Shown in pieces: positions 27,401 through 42,400 of a stretch of DNA of 64,000 nucleotides. Positions within the stretch are counted from its first letter, which is position 1. Each line of letters starts with the position of its first letter. A program made the position numbers and the translations under genes. The notes below the pieces were generated by a model. The model made no database searches, was not told the DNA's origin, and worked only from the letters and a program-made list of their open reading frames with translations. The DNA is taken from positions 46,626,001 to 46,690,000 of the forward strand of contig NW_024704742.1 in the NCBI RefSeq assembly GCF_018977255.1. Direction: 5' to 3'. This stretch comes from Callorhinchus milii. Its lineage: Eukaryota.

Positions 27401-30400
27401 ACTCCTAGGTGACAGTTCTCATTCCCTTCCAGACACAGGGAAATTTCCAGTGCATAGGTGGCATACATATGAGGAAGACGACAACAACCAAACCGACAAT
27501 TTGCATTTATATAGCGCCCCTCATGCAGGGTAGCGTCCCAGAACGCTTGACAATGGTGGAGCACAACTCAGAGCCGGGGGACCTGATGTGATAAGACGTT
27601 ATATTAATGCAAGGATTATTACTGTATGTGCAACTCTCACAGCGGAATGGCCAGCTTAGTCTCTGAATCCAAGGGAAACAACAACTTGCGTTGATACAGC
27701 TGCCTTCACGCAGGGTAACAACTCAGAGCACTTGAAAAGGGAAATGTAATGGAAGTTCTTCACAATACAGATCAAACAGCTTTGATGCTCACATTCTATG
27801 GTTAGATGGCAGTATACTTTTAAGCTGAAAGCCTTCAAATGTACCAAGCGTTTTACCTGAGAGTTTATTGTGAAAAAGAAATTCCATCTGCAACCGCTGA
27901 CCAGCTTTCTGGGCTAAGAGATAGGGGGTACAGTGAGTCGCATCTCCTGTTGCACACATAGCATCTGCTCCGCTGAAAACCAGTGACATGGTCTCTAAGA
28001 CATCCTGTTTCACCACTGCTTGACATAAGCTCTAAGTTTACAAAAACATTAGAAGACTTTATAAATGAGGGACGCAAGAAAAGAATTCAACACTCAGGTA
28101 TAGACAAATAAACTATATCAGAAAAAATGTTCGAACAAGTTTTAAGAAGCATCAACTTTGATGTCTACAAACTAGACAATGTTACATGTTATTCTCAGAA
28201 GGATCAACTGTCTACTTCTGCAGATACAATACAAAATAACATTTGTAAAGCTCTTTTCACGTCAGGAGGATGTCCAGTCAGGAATTAGGATTGGAGCGGG
28301 GAGGAGGTTGGGATCAGGGCAGCCAGAGAGGGCAGGAGGTGGCCGAAGGCACGGTCAAAGACAAGGGTCTTGAAGCCTCCCTTGAAGAAGGTAAGGCAGG
28401 GAACGAGGCGAAGGGAATGTAGAATGGGAGTTCCAAAGAGTGGAGGCAGAGGGCTGAAAGCCCAACCACCGATAGTGGGGTGGGCTGGGCAGGGGACATG
28501 GAGCAGGACGGAGCCTGCTGACTTGCCAGGAGCGGACAGGTCAATAAGGGGTTAGCACGTCGGAGAGGTAGGAAGGAGCAACTGTAAGGCGATGCTGGAC
28601 TTCCTCAAATCGAAAGTCGAGGGGATCTGCTCAGCTGCCTCTGCCCTTCCATCTACTATCCCCTCCCCATCTCCCCCCGGCCCCTACCCATCCCTCCCTC
28701 CACACCTTTGAAACTGTCTCCCACTCCTCTCTCACCACCACTGTAACCCGCATGAAACCAACCACCTGCTCCCTCGACCCCATTCCTATCCCTCTCCTTA
28801 CCTCCCAGCTCCACCTCATTGCCCCTCTACTCACAGACATCATAAACGTCTCCCTGGTACTGGTACTGTTCCCATCCCTTTAAAAATGTCGGTCGCACTC
28901 CAAACCTTAAAAAACCCTCCCTGGACCATCCCTGCTCTCAAACTACCGCTCCATCTCTAACCTCCCTTTCCTCTCCAAGGTCCTGGAATGAGTCAATTCT
29001 TCACAGCTTCACTCCTTCCTCTCCCACCACTCCCTCACGAACCCCTCCAATTGGGTTTCCATCCCACCCACAGCATAGAAAGAACTTTGGTCAAAATGAC
29101 AAATGATATTCTGTCCATCTGCGACCAGGGCTCCCACTGCCTCCTCATCCTCCTTGACCTCTCTGCTGCCTTCAACACCATTGACCACTCTATCCTCATC
29201 CATCGCCTCTCCGCTCACTTCACGGCTCTGTCCTTGAATGGTTCAGATCGTACCTCTCACACCGCCTGCACTTCATCTCTACAAACGGCTTCTCCTCTAG
29301 CCCTTCACCATCTCATGCGGCATTTCTCAGGGCTCTGTCCTTGGTCCCCTCCTCTTCAACATCTATTTGTTCCCTCTAGGTGACATCATCCGCAGACATG
29401 GGGTCAACTTCCACATGTATGTGGATGACACCCAACTCTATCTCTCTACCTCCACCCTCAACTCCAGGACCACTGCTGTCCTGACAGAATGTCTGTCAGA
29501 CATTGAGTGAGATAGCCAATCCAAATACTTCTAAGTTATAGAGATTTCTGGGCATAGGTCGTAATGTGATATAAGTGCAGTACTAGGCAGCTACCGAGTT
29601 CTTTAGGACCACAAGTCATCAAGCTGATGAGAACTTAATCAATGAGACCTTAAAACCTCCGTACTGCTACAACAGCTTGTAAAGACTATTTTTGTCACCC
29701 AATCAATAGCCCAAGCAGACGTTGGTACAGTTATACCAAATGGGATTGGATCAATCTCAGACACGTAAAGTGCGCTAAAACAAGTGAATTGCTTCATGAT
29801 GCTCATCCAACAGGAAAGGCACTACAGGAGCGCTAGTTATTGTCATCAAGGATTAAATACATTCACCAGGACCCATAATGATTTTTATTTCCAGTGTCAA
29901 ACCTCTGCTTTCATTTCTTGAATTGAGAAATCTAGTTGGGCCAAACTACATGATTTATTAAGATTTAAAATAAAAAATATCAGCAGTCAAGAAGCAATGT
30001 TAGATGTGCAAAATGTTGGTTTTAAAAGGTTGTCAGAGGTTAACAAGAATTTAACAGGAATTTAATGAGAAAGAATAAGTATGAGACAATGCAATAAGAC
30101 TCCATTTCATCAGTGAACATGCAGAGAGCAACTTGTGTAAAACAGTATATTTAGAGTTTAGGGAAAAATTAGGAAAGTTTAGAGGAACAATAACTACAGC
30201 AGGAATAAGTTCTTCTCAAATCAAATCTCTGTTATATATACACAATAACATTACCTTGTTCAGTTCTTCCTGAGTCAGAAAAGTTAAAGGAATTTTTCGA
30301 AATTTTCTCTCTTTGTATTTCTGAGTGATGAATTCGAGGCGACGGTCTGGTAGTGCATCCATATCCAGCTCTTCCTCTGCTTTCAGGTTTGCTGTCCAAA

Positions 30401-33400
30401 AACTATTGGCATTCTTATTTCCCACCACTATGAAAAGCTGTACATCAAAGCACAGGTATTAAACATGTGTAAGAATCAAACATGCTTCCTTATTTCAATG
30501 TTATTATTTGGCTACACAAACATTCTATTGGTGAGAGACTGCAAAACTGTATTGAAATGGCAAATCAGGAATCAGATTTGCAATGTTGCATGCATCTGCC
30601 TGGCTCAGTGGTAGAACTCACATCTCCGAGTCAATGTGGTCCATGCCCCACATTAAGCATTCAACTCAATCTGGGTTGACACCCCAATGCGATCCTGGGG
30701 AGCACTATGATTTTAAACCAAGGTCTCATCTGCCTGTTCAGATAGATGTTAAAGATTTGATGGCACTATTCAAAAAAAGAAAGCAAGTTATCCTGGTGTT
30801 CTGACAATAATCTCCCAAATAAAATTGGTCATTCATAGCTTATTTTAGGACATTGATGAGTGCAAACTGGCTATGATATTAAATTTGTCTACAGTCACTA
30901 CACTCTACAGTAAATCATGTGCATTACTTTGAGACATCCTCTCAACCTCAAATGTAAGGATTTTCATTGTTTGTATTAGGATCAAAAGTACTTTCATTTC
31001 ATCGCATCATTTGCAACCAAATACACAATCAATCTCGCTAAAGTAGAAAAGGTGCTATATATAATTCTTATTTATTATTATTAAAACAGTTGATCTGCCC
31101 TGGGCACGAGATTAAAGGTTGTCAAAACCTTCTCTCATTGTCTTCATAAGCAAGGTGGTGACGTTTATTCCAAAGGCCAGGACTAGTGATTTTGCACACG
31201 TTCATCAGATCCAGCTTGGAAATCTTTTAAAGAAAACATTGCAGCTATGAATTCCGCAATTTTCCCCTTATGGTAACTTTATATTGCGACACAGTTCAGC
31301 TTTAATCAGTGGGCTAAGAATCATTGGTCAGCATAAAGTATTACAATACTGAAACCTTATTTTGACCTATTAATGCTCACTTGTGCACTAGGCAATTTGT
31401 TTTCTGAAGTGACATATGCAGTGGTCATCTTCAGTGGTCAATTAGAACCAGTTAAAGCTCTCCACAGCACGTTACCTGATGATACTGACTAAAGTACTCA
31501 GATGCAACATACAATTATCTTACTTAACAGGCTACAGAATGGTCTCCAAGGAACTTAAGACCAGTTGGGAAAAATAAGTGACTTTGTGAACAGTAGTTCT
31601 TATTAATATTTTACAATGAGTTGCATCACTGAATTTAGAAACCTGAGGGCTCCAAGTTCACTTTGGCCGAGTGCCAAAGAAATGCCAAGAAATACTTTTG
31701 TGAATTGCAGCAAAACGGCTCATGGGTCATGGAATGGGGATCTCATTAATATCACGGCTTGTTCACCAATGCACTTCCAACAAGATGCATAACAAGTACA
31801 CTAAATTTAACTTAAGGAAACAGGGAGCAGGCGAACTGCCACTTATTCAGTGGACAAGATTGCTCGCTGCTTTCTCAATGCAGGACTCAGTTGGCCTCTT
31901 ACCTCCACAAGTTCATTACTCCAGATACTAATATCCAATTTCAAACTTCGAACCTTAGATATATTTGATCCCAATGATCGGTGCTGACCTGTGACAAATA
32001 AAGAATTTATATTGATAACTGACATTTAAACGTATGATCGAAAACACTCAAGGCTACAAAGTCTTTGGAGATTATGAAAATGCTCTTTGGTAGAATTCAA
32101 ACTGCTCTGTAAATTAATAGGTAGGTTTCATTTCATAGCTGCCGGGCAAATGGAAATGTTGACTGTGGGAAGGAGGTGGATTCACAGAGAAAGAACAAGG
32201 TTTAATATTGAAGTTTTAATTCAAGTATTTTTGGAAAACTAAGAGTATCCAGACACAATGGAGAGTCAAAAGATAGTTTAGAAATCTCTGAGAAAGCAAC
32301 AAGCTTAATGAATTAAAAGCTTTTCTAGACAGAAACTCATTTTTGTTCCTATGAAGGAGCAGGCTATAATTTGGAATTTCAAGCAGATGTTGGTGTCAAA
32401 TTTGTAATATCGCCAAATCACATTAAGCTGTCTTAATTGCAACTTCCAGTTTACAAACTTCAGACAGAAATTTGTAATCTCACATCAGCAAAGTACAGGA
32501 AAAGCCTGGTACGCAAAACAATCCAACATTTTTTATGTCGGCCTTTGGAGATTTGGAAGGATGGAGTTGGGGTGGTCAGTGACCAGTGTGTTGGGAGAAG
32601 TCAAATCTGAGGTGACAAAAATGAGGATGAGAGATCCAGCTGTTCTGAAGTAATGTAGTGGGAGAGATGTCAATGTTGTAGAGATGGAACAAAAGCAGCT
32701 TCAGCTGAGCTCAAATGAAGACTCGAAAAGGAGAATCGAGGATCAAACAAAACACCAAAGTTCTACACAGTCTCTGCAAATTGGAGTGAGCAACTGGAGA
32801 GGCCAATATGGTCAGCACCAGAGGCAAAGAGGTGCTGGTGGTCACCAAGCACGATAGCCTCAGTTTTATAGGCGTTGATTTTAAGGAAGTTATGGCTCAT
32901 CTAGGATTTGATGTCTAACAGGCAGACTGTCAGAACACCAGTAGTCCTGCAGTTCAGGGTGGAGATAAAAATTTGAGATGTGTGTCAACCAGGTATATAT
33001 AAAATTGGACCCCATGCCTGTGGATAATGTCTGCAAGGGGCCATCAGCTCAGAGCACATAGATGAGAAAAATCAGAGAACCAAACAATATTGCACGAGAC
33101 CCCATCAAGTAACCCAGCAGGGTTCATACATCAATAGTGTCCACTTGGGCAAGGTACAAAGATAACACACACTCAAAGAAATGTAACTCATCAGAAAAAA
33201 AAGGAGACAAACACTTATAGGAGAGATTGATGGAGGAAAAAATACAAGTGTTCAAAATGAAATGTATTTAAAGCACATTTTCCTAAATTTCCAGTGAATT
33301 CACACAATAAAGAGACTGTGATGATTGCTCAAAGAACTCAACACATTACGTTCAAATATCAGACATGTGAAGACAAGCCTCAGTTGACTGAGCATTAGAA

Positions 33401-36400
33401 CATTAATGGGGAGACATCCTTCTCAGATGTCGGAGGGGGAAGAAGATAATAAAAATCAAGAGGCTTGCATGGGAGGTTTTCTATTGCCAGCAAGGAATCA
33501 CTAGGCTCATCGCAAAAGAGCTGAAAGAGTCCCCCGCAGGTAGCCTGAACAAGCAAAGCAAGAAAGGGAATTTTCTTTAAAAATATGCTGTGAAGTGAAA
33601 GAAAGAAAATGTTGGGGAAAAACGCTCACTCAAATCATTCCGTAAAAATAAAGTGGAACAGATATGATGTTGTTGCATTTTGTGCCTGTTTACTCTTCGC
33701 ATCCGCTCCCCCCTCCCCCATTTGTTCCATTAATTACCTGCACATTTTTTGCAGATGACAACGCAAAGATTGATGGATGCCCATTCAGGGTCCAGTGAAC
33801 GGCAGTCTGCGCAGCTTCTGTTCGACTCGTTGAACCAAATCTTTTCTGCCACTTCATAATCTGAGAGGCTTTCTGCTATGGATCCTTCTAAAGTTTCAAT
33901 CCAATCTTGTTTCTCTCTTTCAGATTCCGCTGTGAAGCTGAAACATTGATTTTATTTTCCGCATTTCTTTTTAATTATCCAGTCTAATAGTTTATATAAA
34001 GCTAGTTATTAATTTAGCAGGATGAGGAACTCGGCAGAACATAACCAGTTTACACACCTGTGTCTGATGCATGTGACATGGTTTGCAATGTATACAAAAT
34101 ACATATTTAAATTCTATCTGGAAAAGAGATATTATAAATATATTCCAAGGCGCTGGACAGTCAGGAATTTGGACCTAAGCAAGGGGTGGGGGGGGGGGGG
34201 TGGGATTGGGGTGAGGGTGGAGGGGCAGAGAGGGAAGGAGGGTGGCCGAAGGCATGGTCGAAGAGATGGATCTTGAGACGTGCATTGAACGAGGCAAGGG
34301 AGGGAGCGAGGTGAAGGAAATGTGGGAAGGAGTTCCAAAGGGTGGGGGCAGAGAGGCTGATATTAAACCAAGGTCTTGTCTATGCCTGTTCAGGTGGATG
34401 TTAAAGATCCTGTGGCACTATTTTAAAAGAGAAGTCAGCTCCTCCTGGTGTCCTGGTTAAAAATCACCCAAATCAAATTGTTCACTCATTTCCTGACTGT
34501 GTGATATTGCTATATGCAAATTGACTGCCATGTTTTCCTATAAATACGCAGTTACTACTCTCCTCTGTAAAATCCTGTGGAACGCTTTCAGACATCTAAA
34601 TGATGTGTTAAGATGCTATCCGCATGGATTACTAGTAATTATGATTTTAACCCATTTCGTAACTGATTCAGAACAAATTCAGACATGGTATTCCCCATCA
34701 CATATATAAACAAAATACAACAAATTAGGTGTGACAGCAGAATTTTATATTTAAGCTTGTATATCTATGCAGCGAGGCAAAATAAAAACTGATGACGCTG
34801 ACGGGCATAGTCTTCCTTAAAGAAATATAAAGAACTTTCTTAAACTAGGACTTCTGCCAGTCCCAGGACACTTCAACAGAAGTCAAATGTGCATTAGAAA
34901 CATCCACCCACTAATGCTGCAAAATCCATTAGTTTTCAAAACCACACTCTGCAGGGAAATAAGCAATGTATTCACAAATTCATATCCAGCTCCAGTCAAC
35001 TGCTGTGTAAATTACAGGCAGTATTCTATTAACTTTATAGAGCTCCACAATTATATTCATGTCACATTTGACATGAAAGGCTGAACCCCTCCCTCCTCCC
35101 ATGACATATATTACCACACCAGCAAGTGGTGTACAATAGGCACACATATTGCCATATGTACTTTCAGCATATACTAACTCCCATACTTCCAGGCATCAGC
35201 AGTTCCCAGTAGCCAATCCCATTTGTTTTCACAAGTAACTTACTCTAACTCATTCGATCATTATCATTATCATCATCATATTTGTTTAGCGCCTTTCACG
35301 TCAGGAGGATGTCCAAGGCGCTGGACAGAATACAGCATTTTAGACCCGAGCTGGGGTTGTAATAATAATAATAGTAATCCTTGCATTTGATATAGCGCTT
35401 TTCACGTCGGGAGGACGTCCCAAAGCGCTTCACAGAACACACTGTAAAGTGAATTGACTGTATATTTGTGGGCAAACGCGGCAGCCAATTGCGTACAGCA
35501 GTGTTCCACAAACAGTCATGGATTGAAAATGACCAATTTATTATTGTTTTTGGTTTTGGAGGGATTATTATTAGGTGTGTGGAGTAAGGAAACTTCCCCA
35601 AGGTTTCGCCCTGACCTGGAATTGAACTCAGGTCTCTCGCTTGCAAAGCGAGTGCTCTAACCACTGAGCTACAGGACTCCACAGGTTGGGGGTTAAGGTA
35701 GGGGATCGGAAGGGGGGTGGCCGATGGCATGGTCAAAGAGGAGGGTCTTGAGGCGGGACTTGAAGGAGGCTAAGGAGGGGGAGAGGCGGAGTGATTGGGG
35801 ATGGAATTCCAGAGGTTGGGGGCAGAGTGGCTGAAGGCTGTCCCGCCAATGGTGGGCGGGTGGGTCGGGGAACGTGAAGCAGGCTAGAGCAGGCCAGAGC
35901 CGGCTGAGCGGCGGGAACGGGCGGGTTGGTAGGGCGTTAGAAGGTCGCAGAGGTAGAGTGGGGCGAGGCCATGGAGGGCTTTGTATGTGAGGACCAGAAA
36001 ATATCAGAAAAGATCAGAAAGAAAATAGCTTTTTAAAATAATAATAATACTTGCATTTAATATAGCGTTTTTCATGTCTTCTAAACGTCTCAAAGTGCTT
36101 CAAAGAATATACTGTATGGTGAATTGACTGTATATTTGTAGGCAAAATGCGGGAGCCAAATTGCGCACAGCAGTGTCCCACAAACAGTCGTGGATTGAAG
36201 TGACCAATTTATTATTGTGTTTTTTCTTGAGGGATTGAGGACGTGTGGAGTGTGAGAACAAAATTAAATTCAGATTTTTATTTATAAATGGTTTCAGATC
36301 TTGAACATTTCTGCAGTAAATTATAAAGGAAATATTCAGATGTTTAAACACCATATATTGAATCTCAGCATTTTGAGTTAGATTCCCATTTCTTGCATCA

Positions 36401-39400
36401 GAGTAAACAGACTAAACACTCTGCAATTGACAGAAGATTTTAGTATCAAATGCAAGGATTAAAATAATACCAATATGTGAATTCTCCTTGTGACAAATTT
36501 CACAAAGAGGACTCATGAAAAGCTTTTCCTTTGTAATACATTCTCCATGCCAACTCAGAAAAAGAGGCAAAAAAAATTTCCAGCTAAACAAAGCAATAAC
36601 ACTACCACCAGAAAGCTGCATTCTTTATCAATCCACATAATTAGCAGATCACACCAGTCCCAGGTCCTGAGAGTGCTTACACACATTGCTTCTGTGCTTG
36701 TACATTTGATGCCGTTTTGAACTTACAATATTAAGGGCACATAAATAATTTTATAAACTGAACCCTGATTTGTACTGAAATTTTTGCAATCCATTCTATC
36801 TACTGGAATATATTGCACATTTTCATTTGTTTTCAAAAGTATTATAAACATAATGTTAGTTACAAACTTTACAATACCAAAAGGCTGACAATTATAATAC
36901 ATAATATACATTATAGAGCCTGAAATGTTTCAGCTCACACTTTTGGGGACTCTGTTCATCAAAAATGGTTCTATATTTCTTCGCTGCTACTGCAAATAGA
37001 ATAAAAGTGTGAGTGGATATAATATGGTTCTTTTTCAGTACAATTTGTTGATAAATTAAAATCCAGTTCAAATTTACCAAGGCACAATTAAATTCTGTTT
37101 ACTTGCATGCTTTCTCCATAGTCAACCTTAGTATTGATATATTGGGGAAAAAAAATAGTTTTAAAAATATTCCCATAAAAATAAAAACTCTTTGCGTGCT
37201 CTTACTTCCTGACCAATGCCCGTACAAAAAGCAACGGAAAGTCTTATAAACTGAGATTCACACCTAGTCGGCAGCATGAAATGTTGCAAATAATATAATC
37301 ATTTTGGGACATCAACAAATAAAAATGCATAGTTCAACTCCATGGGTGGAAGTCACCGAAAAAGTAATAAACATGGACACTTGGTTTTTCTTGCCGATTT
37401 TCTTTCATTTATGGTTTTAGATGATCTACTGGGCTGATCAAGCTAAAGGACAATATATTATATTTCCATTCCATACAATTTTTTTCCCAGTGTTAAGCAG
37501 TGCTAGTCATGAGGGCAAAAGCTTTATGTACATAAGAAAGCATGGAAAGAGAAAGGATTTTGAGGGTGTCAAGCTGGCTCGCTCCATAGTACATGACAAG
37601 CTATCTAATTAAATTCTGCACAGATAAATCCAGATTATATAATAATAATCTTATAATGATGCTTACATTTGAGATAGCACTTTGACATCAATAGGCTGTC
37701 TCAAAGAGCTTCACATGATATTACTGTAAAGTGTTGTGACTGTGTATTTTTGTAGGGGAATGCATACAATTATCAAACTCAATCCACTAAAAGGTGAATT
37801 TTATTCTTACGTTCCCACATCTCTAATATTCAAACCTGTCTTCCTAATCTAAACCACCCCCCTGCCCTTGTAACACTATGTATAGTACACCATGGAGTAG
37901 AGTTCAAACAAGTATGTGTCTATGCCTATATCTTGTAATATCCTGTAAAAATTGTTCTCAAACAGATGTTTCCTTTTTTTCTAGCATAATTTTCTAACTG
38001 GATAGTGAAACTGGCGGATTTATTCATCCCTAAACAAATGGTGCTGAAGCTAGTTGAGAACAACTATCTCAGTACAAACTAGGACCTCGAACCTGCGGCA
38101 CCAGGCAATGACTTCTACCCACCAGCAATGTCTTTACTCTCTGGGCATTCGGGGACCATTCGGTTCTTTTTTGAAGGAGTTCATGAAAACAACATCACCT
38201 GTTTCTGTTAGGAATCAAATCGATGACTCTTCACCTCTAGTCTGATTCAAGACTTTTATTTTGTTTCAAAAGAAAACCTCAAGTCTAAGTTATATAATCT
38301 GCTTGCTGCCATCTCATCGACACCTGGACATCGAACTGTTCTAACAAAGGTCATGGACCTGAAACGTTGACTCACATTTCTTTCTCCATAGATGCTGCCT
38401 GACCTGCTGAGTGTTCGCAGAGACTTCTGTTTTCATTTGACAAATTAAATTCGCTTTCAGTAGACCACATAATAGATTGGTGGAGGAGAGAAAAAAATCA
38501 AAGTCAACATCAATACAGCTTCAGAAGATTTTACCTAAAGTTTCGGAATGGAGTGGATAATTCAAAACCTTTACGATCCACGTCTTTGACTGTAGCCACA
38601 TTTGTGTCGACCGTAGTTATACCGACTCCACTTTTAAAATCCTGGAGAATCAAAACATTTTAGTAGTCAGGATTTCCTACCAAGTACAGTTTGACAAAAT
38701 TATTCTTAACTTGTTTTGCAGATGTTGTTGCACTCTGTTTAATATGACATTTGTACTATTAGATAAATAAGTTTATAAAGTCTATCAATTTCCGATTATG
38801 CAAAAACAACAACAACAACAAGATTCCACTTATAAAGCGCCTTTCACGTCAGGAGGACGTCCCAAGGCGCTGCACAGTTGGGTCATGACCCGAGCAGGGG
38901 GGAAATGGTCAGGGTGAGGGGAGGGAAGGGAGGGAGCGAGGAGGGGGGAAATGGTCAGGGTGAGGGGAGGGAAGGGAGGGAGCGAGGAGGGGGGAAATGG
39001 TCAGGGTGAGGGGAGGGAAGGGAGGGAGCGAAAAGGGGGAAGAGAGTCGAGAGGGGAGCTGAAGGCACGGTCAAAGAGAAAAAGAAGGGGTAAGTGTGGA
39101 ATATGTTTCATTTAAACAAAAAAATAACCATCCAAGACTTTTTTGAACATGATCCTGTGTGATGCCATGTTTAGTAAACTAAATGCCAAATCCAACTGTT
39201 TGCGAAGGGCTGGTCACACTCATGATATTCATCATACTCATTGGCTCTCACACTGTTAAAAATAAAGTTTAAAAAAATCACCAGGAGAGGTTTGCTATTT
39301 CCAAGGCTAATCTCTTCCTCTGGTTTATCAGTGTAAAGTAAACATGACATTGAATATCTGACCCCAAACTAAAGTGATATCAATGGGCTTAGAAAGGCAG

Positions 39401-42400
39401 TCATTCATCCATCCAATTGTAGAATGTCTGTATAATATCCATAATCCCTGAAAGCATAGAGGTGTTGATAATTATGGAATAAGTATAGAAATACTTACTA
39501 AACAATTACCTTTCAGTCTAAATATGGATTCGGGGAACTCAGATGACACTGTACAAAATCACAACGATTGACTGGATTTGTCTTCAATAACTATTTTAAA
39601 ATGACAATTACTTTTCAAAATAAATGTAGTAACATTAACAGTAAATGGAAGACACTGCGGGAAGTTGTAGAAGCTATTACAGGTGCTACCTCTGCAATAT
39701 CTAAGATGGGGGAAAAGAGGCACATCCATTTTTGCCATTTAATGATTCTTGAAGAATTTAAATGAATATCTATAGTGACATTTAAACCTTGAAAATGTGC
39801 ATTGATATGGCTACTACCTTCTATTCTCTACCTGGTCCTTATTTTCTGATTTATAGACAAGATATTTATTACAAATGTTTTAAAGCCCCATGTTTTAAAT
39901 CATGATTTAGCCTTTTGTACTAAACTATGACCTGATAATATTGAATGGACCCAGCAGAATCCATTTATTGTATTTTGAGTTCAATTTACACATATTGGTT
40001 CTACACAGCATGAGAAGATACACAGATCCCTGTATTCATTGAAAAAAGCACCGAACGGGAAACTGCATTTGCTAGTAACATTGTTCCTGCTATTCTATGC
40101 TATCTCCACTGCTAGTCGATCAAAATAAAACAATGATGATAGATTCCTAATATATATATATATAACAGGATGACTTTAACAACTGGCTCACAAAACCAGA
40201 GACTCGAGTGTTAATTGAATGTCCTGATTACAGTATTTCTTATTTAACATTCTTATTTATTCCGGTCACCAGGTGTCACACCAAATGAGTATAGTTTTCC
40301 ACCTCAATTCACAGAGTTTGTCATTGAGGCTAGGTAATCAAAGAGTAACACGGTGAACAGATAAAGGTGCAAAGCAAATCTGTAAAGACTAAAAGATCTC
40401 AGGTTTGAATCTCACTTGTGGTGACTTAGGGCATCTGTGCCAGGAAATTAAACATAATACCCCTGGATAAGGGAAGAGGGAGAAAAACAGTCCTGATTCT
40501 GACCTGGAGTATCCATGCATACAGAAGTGGTCACAATCAAGTAATCATGTCTGCAAAGTGCACATGAATAGACACTGCATGGAAATAGGCTTGGTGGTAA
40601 AGCTCTCTGTGGTTCAGGAGCCTGTTGACACGTGTTAGCTCACTGATGGAAAGTAACCTAATAGACAAAGCAGTGGGCTGGCAGCGGTGGAATCATAACC
40701 ATAGATGAATCATGCAGTTCAACAGACGGGGGGGGGGGGGTCTGGGGGGGGAGACAACACAACAACAAACAAAACAAGAGGCAGGAGTTAGAAAAATTAA
40801 TGATTTTCTGAAATGATATAAGTGCATTTGCATGGCAAGCTAAAATTGCCATGGTTACTATGAAATTTTAAAAAATCTTTTTAAATGACCTGCTAATTCC
40901 TGGGGAACATCAAGTATGTGTCCTTATACAATACTTGTTACAGCAGTTCACAGCTGACTCCTATGTGTTTATTTTTTTTAAATGTTTCGATTCTTTTGGC
41001 ATTAGAATGGTAGGTCACAAAGTTTGACCTGCAACTCATGAGCTAGCAATTGTGGAGTCCTGTAGCTCAGTGGTTAGAGCACTCGCCTTGCAAGCGAGAG
41101 ACCTTGGTTTGATTCCCGGCAGGACGAAATGTTGGGCAAGTTTCCTTACTCCGCACGCCTGTTTACCAAGCAGTGACTAGGAACCCAGTTGTTGGTCAAT
41201 TGGTGGATTGCTTTTCTGGGGGCAATAATTCCTTAAAAAAAATTGGTCACTGAATCCATGACTGTTCTTGGGACATTGCTGTGCGCAATTGGCTGCCGCG
41301 TCTCGCCCACAAAGTATACCATTCACTTTACAGTATATTCTGTGAAGTGCTTTGAGACGTCTCGAAGACACGATAAGGCGCTATATCATATACAAGGATT
41401 ATTATAACAAACAGGTCACTTGATTACTTCCCATTGCGTATCACCTCAGTGAGTCCAAGATGTCTTAAAATAAACCACTGTGCACAATTTGAACAAATTT
41501 GCTGTGTTAATAAACAGGTTCACCATTTTCAGTATCTGCGAGCAATCTGTAAACTGGTGTAGAAGTGTGCCACAATAATATTTAAGTCAAGTGTTAATGA
41601 TGAAAATTGTGCACACGAACACGAACACTTGGCATCTCATTTTCTCATCTTTGCAAGCTTCAAATGTCCCTATAACACTGGAGAAGTGCCACTTTTTTTT
41701 ATTATTGTTCGACCATGACACTGCTACTTAAGATGCTCTTTATGTTACTGTTACCATTGATTTTTATCAAGAATAAACTCTAGGAATCTAAGAAATCAAA
41801 TGAAATAATAAATAAAATAACCCCCGCATTTGATATAGCGCTTATCACGTCTTCAAATGTACTGTAAAGTGAATTGACTGTATATTTTGTGGGTGAAACG
41901 CGGCAGCCAATTGTGCACAACAAGTAGAGCCAGGTTAATATTTTAGAAGCACTTCAGCTGCACAGGAAGACAGCATGTTATCTGTTATTCTAAAAGAAAA
42001 GGAACAAGACATGAGCCCATAAAATCCAAACCAGAGAAAATGGTGGAAAGCATTGTGTACAAAGCTATCAATTATCATCTAAAGAACACAGAAGTTATAA
42101 GGAGTAGTCAACATGAATTTAGAAGCAATAAGTCATGTCACATAAGCCAAGTGAAATTATTTGATGAAGTAGTTAAAGTATAAAAACTATCTAGTGGACG
42201 ATTCTCACAAAACTGCACGATGTACATGGGGATCCATGCACAAGTTGCACTTTATGTCTCAATGGGCCTTTTCTCCAGCGTTTGCCTGTTTTACACTGTG
42301 GACTTCGCCATCAAATTTTTTTTTAAACAGTGATGTTAATGTGAGGAGGTCACATTTGGCATTGTGTGCACAGCTTTGAACATCAAAACGAGCGTTAAGA

